Source: Minisyncoccota bacterium
GTDB lineage: Bacteria; Patescibacteriota; Minisyncoccia; Phycocordibacterales; Phycocordibacteraceae
DNA: 64,000 bases
Direction: 5' to 3'
Assembly: GCA_041666305.1 (NCBI GenBank)
Contig: JBAYHD010000002.1
Coordinates: 684-64,683, forward strand
This document shows, in pieces, positions 57,130 through 64,000 of this stretch. The notes under the pieces were generated by a model, which had not been told where the DNA came from, searched no databases, and saw only the letters and a list, made by a program, of their open reading frames with translations. The position numbers were made by a program, and so were the translations under genes. Position 1 is the first letter of the stretch, and every line of letters begins with the position of its first letter.

Positions 57130-58230
57130 ATGAGAAAGTTCGTCTCCGGCGATCGCATGTTCTTTATGCTCGTCCTGGCCATTGTGCTTTTGGGGCTTGC
57201 GATTTTTTCCTCCGCGGCGCTTGGACTTCTCGCACGCGAGAGCAGTTCGGTATCAAAAGACATCATGCTCCAGGCCGGACTCGGTTTTGGTCTCGGATTC
57301 CTAGCCCTTCTCATTGCACGCGCCATTCCGCTTGTGCACATTAAGCGCTTCGCACCGTATATTTACGGAGCCTCCATCCTATTTACCGCGCTTGTGTTCG
57401 TGCCCGGCATCGGACTGCATGCAAATGGCGCTACCCGCTGGATAAGCCTCGGATTCACCACGGTCCAGCCGTCTGAATTTCTGAAGATCGGTTTTGTCAT
57501 TGCGCTTGCCTGGTGGCTCACTCCGCGTGCGCGGCAACTTTCCAGTTACAAAAGCGGGCTGTTCCCCTTTATCATTATGCTCGCTATTCCCACGGCGCTC
57601 TTGCTCGCTCAGCCGAATACGTCCACGACGCTCCTCATCATCGTTACCGGCGCAGTCATGTATTTTGCCGCGGGAGCGCCGTGGCGCGACTTCGGCATTC
57701 TCGCACTGACCGCGATCATCGGGCTTGTCATTATCGCCATGATCCGGCCGTACGTGCTTGAACGCGTAAAAACATTCATCGATCCATCCGCCAATTCGCT
57801 TTCGAGCGGCTATCAAATACAGCAATCGCTCATCGCCATCGGTTCGGGCGGTTTGCTCGGCAGGGGATTCGGTCAAAGCGTAGAGAAATTCAATTATCTG
57901 CCGGAACCTGACGGTGATTCCGTGTTCGCCGTGTTTGCGGAAGAAACCGGATTTCTCGGCGCCATTTTTCTACTGGCGCTTTTTGTCGCGCTCGCGGCAC
58001 GCGGTATCGTGATAGCGGGGGATTCGCGCGATCTTTTCGGCGGTCTCATTGCGCTCGGATTTTCATTCATCATCATTTTCCAAGCGTTCGTCAATATGTG
58101 CGCGATGCTCGGCATCATCCCGCTCACCGGCTTGCCGCTGCCATTCGTTTCTCACGGCGGCACGGCGCTCATGGCTGCCCTTATTATGTGCGGCCTCATT
58201 CTCAATGTCGCGGCTCATCGTAAAAACTAG
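57130..58230 (+). CDS. ftsW: SEDS peptidoglycan polymerase FtsW
   Basis: NGATRWI, QPSEFLK, GYQIQQSLIAIGSGG..GRG.G, P.TG.PLPFVS.GG; between mraY and murG. Confidence 0.92.
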   Translation: MRKFVSGDRMFFMLVLAIVLLGLAIFSSAALGLLARESSSVSKDIMLQAGLGFGLGFLALLIARAIPLVHIKRFAPYIYGASILFTALVFVPGIGLHANGATRWISLGFTTVQPSEFLKIGFVIALAWWLTPRARQLSSYKSGLFPFIIMLAIPTALLLAQPNTSTTLLIIVTGAVMYFAAGAPWRDFGILALTAIIGLVIIAMIRPYVLERVKTFIDPSANSLSSGYQIQQSLIAIGSGGLLGRGFGQSVEKFNYLPEPDGDSVFAVFAEETGFLGAIFLLALFVALAARGIVIAGDSRDLFGGLIALGFSFIIIFQAFVNMCAMLGIIPLTGLPLPFVSHGGTALMAALIMCGLILNVAAHRKN

Positions 58231-58305
58231 CAGGATAGGCGCTAGGCTTTAGGTTTTAGAGAATGCGCTAGCGCCCAGTGCCTAGAGCCTGCTACACTAG
58301 TTCAT

Positions 58306-59445
58306 ATGACCATCGCGTTCACAGGAGGAGGCACCGGCGGGCACTTCTATCCCATCATTGCCATCAGCGAGGCGCTCGGCGATCTCGTACGCGAGAAGCA
58401 TCTTATTGAGCCGAAGCTGTATTATCTTGCGCCGAATTCCTTTGATGAAAAGGCGCTCTTTGAGAACGGCATTGCCTACATCCGCATACCGGCAGGGAAG
58501 ATGCGTCGCTATTTTTCGCTGATGAATATCACTGATTCATTTGTCACTTTTTTCGGAACGATATCGGCACTCGTCACGCTCTACCGCCTTTATCCGGACG
58601 TCGTGGTCTCTAAAGGCGGGTACGGCAGCGTGCCGACCGTGCTTGCGGCTCGCATCCTGCGCATCCCCATCATCATTCACGAATCGGATGCAAAACCGGG
58701 CCGCGCAAATCTGCTTGCCGCCAAATTCGCAACGAAGATAGCCATCTCTTTTGAAAGCGCGGCGGCATTTTTCCCGGAGAACGTTCGTGCCAAAATAGCC
58801 CGCACCGGCATTCCAATACGCAAGGCGCTCATGCGCATTGAGCCCGAAGGTGCGCGGCAGTATCTCGGACTCGAAAAAGATACCCCGACGATCCTTATTC
58901 TCGGCGGTTCTCAAGGCGCGGTGAAAATAAACGAGGTTATTTTGTCGTCCCTTCCGGACCTCGTTTCAAGCGCCAATATCATACATCAAACCGGTCAGGC
59001 GAATATCAAGGACGTCGAGTCGATTTCGCAAGTCATTCTTGCGAAATCCAAGAACGCGGACCGATACCATCCGGTCAATTACCTCACCGAAATTTCGCTC
59101 CAGCGGGCCGCCGGCGTCGCAGACCTCATCATCTCGCGCGCTGGCGCGAACAGTATCGCTGAAATAGGCCTCTGGAAAAAACCGGCCATTCTCGTTCCTA
59201 TTCCGGAATCCATCAGTCATGATCAGCGCACGAACGCCTACAGTTACGCGCGCACCGGAGCCGCCATCGTACTCGAAGAAGGAAATCTGACGCCCCATGT
59301 ACTCGTGTCGGAGGTTCGACGCATTCTCGATGATAAGGCGCTTGCAAAACGCATGGGCACATCTGCCGCAGGATTCACCGATCCGGATGCCGCGCGCATT
59401 CTTGCGAACGAAATATTGCAGATATCGCTCGCGCACGAATCATGA
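58306..59445 (+). CDS. murG: MurG glycosyltransferase
   Basis: GGGTGGH, KGGY.S.P, HES...PG.AN, GGSQGA, SRAGA, DQ..NA. Confidence 0.95.
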   Translation: MTIAFTGGGTGGHFYPIIAISEALGDLVREKHLIEPKLYYLAPNSFDEKALFENGIAYIRIPAGKMRRYFSLMNITDSFVTFFGTISALVTLYRLYPDVVVSKGGYGSVPTVLAARILRIPIIIHESDAKPGRANLLAAKFATKIAISFESAAAFFPENVRAKIARTGIPIRKALMRIEPEGARQYLGLEKDTPTILILGGSQGAVKINEVILSSLPDLVSSANIIHQTGQANIKDVESISQVILAKSKNADRYHPVNYLTEISLQRAAGVADLIISRAGANSIAEIGLWKKPAILVPIPESISHDQRTNAYSYARTGAAIVLEEGNLTPHVLVSEVRRILDDKALAKRMGTSAAGFTDPDAARILANEILQISLAHES

Positions 59446-60806
59446 GCACCGTCGTTACTCGTTTCGCTCCTTCGCCAACCGGATACTTACACGCCGGCAA
59501 TTACCGCACTGCCGTATTCGCATATCTTTTCGCGAAGCACGAAGGAGGGAAATTCATTGTGCGGATAGAGGACACTGATGTTGCGCGCTCCAAGCCTGAA
59601 TACGTAGCGAACATTCCCGAAATCCTCAAGTGGCTCCGATTACCGGCTGATGAATCATATCGACAAAGTGAGCATCGGCCACGACATCGAGAATTGCTTG
59701 AAAAACTTATCGCTGAAGATACGGCATATGTCTCAAAAGAAACGCCGCAAGCCCCGGGTGATAGGGAAGAGGTCATTCGTTTTAGGAACCCTGGTGGGAC
59801 CGTTACGTTCACTGATATCATTCGCGGCGATATAACGACCGATGTTACCGACCTCGGCGACTTCATCATTGCTCGTTCTCTCGATGAGCCAGTATTTCAC
59901 TTCGCAGTGGTTGTGGATGATGCTGATGAAGGTGTTACGCATGTCATTCGTGGCGGCGACCATATCTCGAACACTGCGCGCCAAATGCTTATTCAGCGTG
60001 CGCTGGGTCTCCCTCTGCCGCTCTATGCACATCTGCCGCTCATCATGGATAGCACTCACAAGAAGCTTTCAAAGCGTGCGGGTGCAAAATCGTTAGCTGA
60101 CTATCGCGATATGGGAATCTTGCCAGAGGCGCTTCTTAACTATCTCGCGTTCCTTGGCTGGAATCCCGGCGATAATCGCGAGTACATGACGCGAGAAGAA
60201 TTGGTTGGAGCGTTTGATCTCTCGCGTGTTCAGAAAGGAAGCGCCATCTTTGATGAAGTGAAATTGTTGTCGGTGAATCAGCACTGGATGCGCGCCCTTC
60301 CTGACGAAAAATTCCTCGCCCATGTGTGGGACTTACGAAGTCCCACATCTGATGTGGGACTTCGTAAGTCCCACAATTCCGAAATAATCACGAAAATCGT
60401 GCCGCTTCTGAAAGAACGCGCGCAGACGTTCGAAGAGGTGCGCGAGATGCTTGCCCGCGAGCTTTCCTTCTTTTTTTCAGACCCAAAAATTGACCTACAG
60501 CAGCTTGTCTTGAAGGAGCCTGCAGACCGTCCGGGAATGACCAAAATGGCTCTAGAAAGCCTGTTTGAGGCCATAAACAGCCTTCCGAAGGGCGTTTCTA
60601 GCGAGGCGGTAAAAGAGGCCCTTATGCCGCTTGCCGATGCCGAGGAGGCAAAAGGGAAGGGAGGCCGTGGAGCCGTGTTATGGCCATTGCGCTACGCCCT
60701 TTCTGGAGAAGAGCGGTCGCCAGACCCATTCACTATCATAAGCATACTTGGAACGAAAGATTCCATTTCTCGACTTCAGGCCGCTCTTGGTATACTTAAA
60801 GGATGA
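59442..60806 (+). CDS. gltX: glutamate--tRNA ligase
   Basis: TRFAPSPTGYLHAG, RIEDTD, THVIRG.DH, KLSKR. Confidence 0.96.
   Translation: MSTVVTRFAPSPTGYLHAGNYRTAVFAYLFAKHEGGKFIVRIEDTDVARSKPEYVANIPEILKWLRLPADESYRQSEHRPRHRELLEKLIAEDTAYVSKETPQAPGDREEVIRFRNPGGTVTFTDIIRGDITTDVTDLGDFIIARSLDEPVFHFAVVVDDADEGVTHVIRGGDHISNTARQMLIQRALGLPLPLYAHLPLIMDSTHKKLSKRAGAKSLADYRDMGILPEALLNYLAFLGWNPGDNREYMTREELVGAFDLSRVQKGSAIFDEVKLLSVNQHWMRALPDEKFLAHVWDLRSPTSDVGLRKSHNSEIITKIVPLLKERAQTFEEVREMLARELSFFFSDPKIDLQQLVLKEPADRPGMTKMALESLFEAINSLPKGVSSEAVKEALMPLADAEEAKGKGGRGAVLWPLRYALSGEERSPDPFTIISILGTKDSISRLQAALGILKG
60325..60375. repeat. 51-bp doublet palindrome inserted in frame in gltX
   Basis: TGTGGGACTT-ACG-AAGTCCCACA TCTGA TGTGGGACTT-CGT-AAGTCCCACA. 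Confidence 0.88.
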
Positions 60807-62059
60807 ACCGAGCGTGGATACTCGTTTTTTTGTTTATAGGCATCGGGTTTTTTTCATCTGCGCCTGCCGTCCATGCGCAATCGGCCGCGGACCTGCAAGC
60901 GCAAATTGATGCTAATAATAAACAACTTGAGACGCTTAAGGCGGATATTGCAAAGTTCCAGCAACAACTTGATACAATTAGTACACAGAAAAATACGCTT
61001 CAATCGACCGTCAGTTCGCTCACAATCTCGCAACAACAACTCGCGGCACAGATCAAGGCAACGCAGAATAAGATCGCTTCAGCGAACCTTAAGATCAAAG
61101 AACTCACTAATTCTATCGGTGACAAGGAGGCGCTGATCGCTACAAACCAAGATGCGATAGCTAAAGCGCTCCGCGTCATCGCTGAAGACGAAAGAACGCC
61201 GCTTATTGCCACCCTCATTTCCGCGAATACATTCGGCGAGGCGTGGCTGAAAGTCGATCAGGCGCTACTTTTTAATCGGGCGCTTGCAGAGGATATTAAT
61301 GACCTGCGCACCGTGCGCACTGAACTTGCAAGTAGCCGCGATGAGGTGATGGTCGCAAAAACAAAAATTGTTTCGCTCCAGGATGAACTCTCGTTACAGA
61401 AAAAATCTATTGATCTCCAGAAAACGGCACAACAAAAACTTCTAGCTGACACAAAGAATCAGGAAAGCATCTACCAGAAAATGATGGCCAATAAAAAAGC
61501 CGATGAGGCCGCTTTCGAAGCGGCGTTGTTTGAGCTTGAGTCGCAACTTCAGTATGTTCTCGACCCGAGTCATATTCCTCCTGCTGGTAAAGGGGTGCTC
61601 CGATGGCCGCTGAGCAACGTGTTCATCACACAACAATTCGGTAAGACCTCGTCTTCCCAACGACTGTACGTTTCTGGAACACACAATGGTGTAGATTTTC
61701 GCGCGTCCATTGGTACCCCGGTTCGAGCGGCACTTTCGGGAACGGTGATCGCAATTAACTATGGATCGGTACCGAATTGTCAGTATGGAAAGTGGGTACT
61801 CATTAGACATCAGAACGGTCTCGCGACACTCTACGCGCACCTTTCCGATATCAGTGTGCCGAAAGGAGCATCGGTCTCTACGGGACAAGTCATTGGATTC
61901 TCCGGCAGTACCGGCTACGCAACAGGCCCCCATCTTCATCTTGGTGTCTATATCGCTGAAGCAATTTCGTTCAAACAATTCACTTGTTGGAATAAATCAG
62001 TCGTAAACATACCGGTTGCACCACCGAATGCATATCTCAATCCTCTTTCGTATCTCTAG
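60803..62059 (+). CDS. coiled-coil M23 peptidoglycan endopeptidase
   Basis: signal peptide, long coiled coil, HNGVD, YAHL, TGPHLH. Confidence 0.9.
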   Translation: MNRAWILVFLFIGIGFFSSAPAVHAQSAADLQAQIDANNKQLETLKADIAKFQQQLDTISTQKNTLQSTVSSLTISQQQLAAQIKATQNKIASANLKIKELTNSIGDKEALIATNQDAIAKALRVIAEDERTPLIATLISANTFGEAWLKVDQALLFNRALAEDINDLRTVRTELASSRDEVMVAKTKIVSLQDELSLQKKSIDLQKTAQQKLLADTKNQESIYQKMMANKKADEAAFEAALFELESQLQYVLDPSHIPPAGKGVLRWPLSNVFITQQFGKTSSSQRLYVSGTHNGVDFRASIGTPVRAALSGTVIAINYGSVPNCQYGKWVLIRHQNGLATLYAHLSDISVPKGASVSTGQVIGFSGSTGYATGPHLHLGVYIAEAISFKQFTCWNKSVVNIPVAPPNAYLNPLSYL

Positions 62060-62663
62060 AGCGCCAAAGGAGTAAGCTGGCGTACGTGCGGTGCGGGGAC
62101 CATTTTTGCGCAATGGACAAAAGGGAAGACCGTGAAGCGTTTTTTGGCAGATCGTAGATGGCTTCCATTGCGCGGACAAGACCGAGGTCGCCCGGGGAGA
62201 ACACATCGCCGCGACCGAGCGCGAACATCATAAACATTTCTACCGTCCACGGGCCAATGCCCCATATCCGCATGAGCTGTTCTGCGGCTTCCGCTTCGGG
62301 AATTTTCTTGAGCGAAAGCAGATCAAGCGAATTATGTGCAACTGCTTTAGCGATTTCTTTAAGGGTTTTTATTTTCGCACCCGATAATCCCGCGACCCCT
62401 AGAGCCGCGGGCCGCACTTTCAGGACCGCTTTTACCGTAAGCGTACCGCCGCAAGCCACCTTTACGCGTGCAAAAATAGCATCGGCCGCCGCGAGTCCGA
62501 GCTGCTGCGAAATAATAGTTGACACCAGTGATTCAAATAATTGTGCGCGCGTTCGTTTTGCGCAGAGTTGCAATGGCAGGGAAGTGTGGTGTCGTACTGT
62601 ACGGGCATAGAGATGCGGGTCCACGCGCTTCAAATGCTTCAATGCGGCAGCCTTTCTCGTCAT
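62037..62663 (-). CDS. DNA-3-methyladenine glycosylase II (AlkA/HhH-GPD family)
   Basis: IISQQL, GIGPWT..MF.MF.LGR.DVF..GDLG, WSPHRTYAS. Confidence 0.9.
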   Translation of the reverse strand: MTRKAAALKHLKRVDPHLYARTVRHHTSLPLQLCAKRTRAQLFESLVSTIISQQLGLAAADAIFARVKVACGGTLTVKAVLKVRPAALGVAGLSGAKIKTLKEIAKAVAHNSLDLLSLKKIPEAEAAEQLMRIWGIGPWTVEMFMMFALGRGDVFSPGDLGLVRAMEAIYDLPKNASRSSLLSIAQKWSPHRTYASLLLWRSRDTKED

Positions 62664-62715
62664 GACGAGATACTAGCACCGGTCTATTGCCGTTGTATAA
62701 TGCCTGTATCCATAT

Positions 62716-62904
62716 ATGTCCATCGTATCTCTCGTCAAGCTCGTCATCTGGGTACTGATACTGCTTCTTGCATTGTCATTTTTTGGCATCTCCATCCAAG
62801 CCATCGTGAGTTCCCCGACCGGTCAGGCGAACTTTAATTACATCTTCTCCATTCTTCAGCAATTGTGGCAATGGGCTACTTTTTGGATCCGTCCGTCAGC
62901 ATAA
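62716..62904 (+). CDS. small membrane protein
   Basis: 62 aa; L..LSFFGISIQ..V.SPTGQANF.Y pattern. Confidence 0.65.
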   Translation: MSIVSLVKLVIWVLILLLALSFFGISIQAIVSSPTGQANFNYIFSILQQLWQWATFWIRPSA

Positions 62905-63371
62905 GTTATATAAGTGCTCAAAAGGAGATTGTGCGGGATGTTCAATGCGCAAAATACGATTGTGCAAACGCCCGTATACTCGGGCATTCGCACAATCGCT
63001 GGGATCTTTTGCGCACTTGCTGAGCGGCTTTGCCGCCTACGCAAGTGCGCAAAAGATATATTGTGCGCACTCTATACAGAGCATCCCCCATCGCTTCCCT
63101 GCAGCTAAAGAAACAAAAAACACATCAATGTATTATTACGATGCGTTCCCTGCTTCCATCGCCGACAATTATTATTTTTTTAGCGCGATGATGATGACCT
63201 GGCACAGACTAATAAGCGTACTCATAAAACCGGTCCAAAATGCGTAGATCTGGAGCTTGCCCATAAAATTCTGTTTTCGACTCATAGAGGAAAGCGTACC
63301 ACGCTTCCCTTTCGTCTTAAACAAGGAGGTGTTCAAAAGTTGTCTCTGGCTATAATCAAGTCCCATAAGAA

Positions 63372-64000
63372 TCAGCAGGAAACATTTGCGACAATGTAGT
63401 CGTACGCTTCATCAACCGAATCAACGAGCGTGTAAAGCTGCATATCCGACTCGTCAATGGCCGCATGCTTCATATAAACCGTTTTTTCGATGAAACCAAG
63501 GAGCGGTTCCCAGTAGTCCTTTCCATAAAGCACAATAGGAACCTTGCGGATTTTTTTTGTTTGCACCAACGTCACGATCTCGAAAAATTCGTCAAGCGTA
63601 CCGAAACCGCCCGGGAAATACACGTATACTTCGGATGCGTATGTCAGCATCACTTTTCGCACGAAAAAATGATCGAAGCCGAACTTCTCGGTCAAATAGG
63701 GATTGTAGGTTTGCAAGTCCGGCAAATTGATATTGAGTCCGACTGAAGAACCGCCGGCTTCAAACGCCCCTTTATTTGCGGCCTGCATGATGCCGGTGCT
63801 ACCGCCCGTCACGACGGCAAAACCCTTCTTAGACAACCGGGAAGCCAATTCTTCTGCGTGTTTGTACGAATCGTCCCCAAGCGTGGCTCGCGCGCTACCA
63901 AAAAAGGATGCCGCAAGGCCATAGCGACGAATGATGTCGAAGCCTTCAATAAATTCCGACATGATCTTGAACACGCGCCATGACTCGATCTTTTTCGGCT
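63372..64000 (-). CDS. LOG family nucleotide phosphoribohydrolase (TIGR00730), 5' end beyond window
   Basis: FFGSAR, TGG..GIMQAANKGA, FFVRK, PGGFGTLDE. Confidence 0.92.
   Translation of the reverse strand, partial: PKKIESWRVFKIMSEFIEGFDIIRRYGLAASFFGSARATLGDDSYKHAEELASRLSKKGFAVVTGGSTGIMQAANKGAFEAGGSSVGLNINLPDLQTYNPYLTEKFGFDHFFVRKVMLTYASEVYVYFPGGFGTLDEFFEIVTLVQTKKIRKVPIVLYGKDYWEPLLGFIEKTVYMKHAAIDESDMQLYTLVDSVDEAYDYIVANVSC

Noticed and set aside
63172-63285. 37-aa hydrophobic ORF on the minus strand downstream of the LOG gene
   Set aside because: Too short and no recognisable motif; not enough support to list as a gene.

Overview
64 kb of a bacterial chromosome in standard code 11, very likely Patescibacteria/CPR (Parcubacteria-like). 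The evidence is compact aminoacyl-tRNA synthetases, CPR-typical hypothetical families, and core genes with little Shine-Dalgarno use. Most genes are on the + strand. Housekeeping content: leuS, mltG, guaA, mnmA, ung, pepO, alaS, the infA-rpmJ-rpsM-rpsK-rpsD-rpoA-rplQ-rplM-rpsI block, grpE-dnaK-dnaJ, tyrS, tRNA-Tyr, pyrD, trpS, nfeD-flotillin, aspS, pepA, scpA/scpB, mraY-ftsW-murG and gltX. Main observations: (1) a tRNA at 26612-26697 with a serine-type body (G73, G15:C48, Ser-type variable arm) but a leucine UAG anticodon, behind its own promoter, a tiny MVSS uORF and a long hairpin, in a genome where CTA still encodes Leu at conserved sites; (2) next to it, a candidate sRNA and an accessory array of self-contained genes punctuated by five copies of a ~45-bp direct repeat; (3) four dispersed 132-136 bp intergenic elements with covarying terminal stems and a conserved pseudoknot-like pairing pattern; (4) many palindromic elements, some inserted in frame in gltX, scpB and dnaJ. 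All calls come from reading the sequence; no database searches were run.
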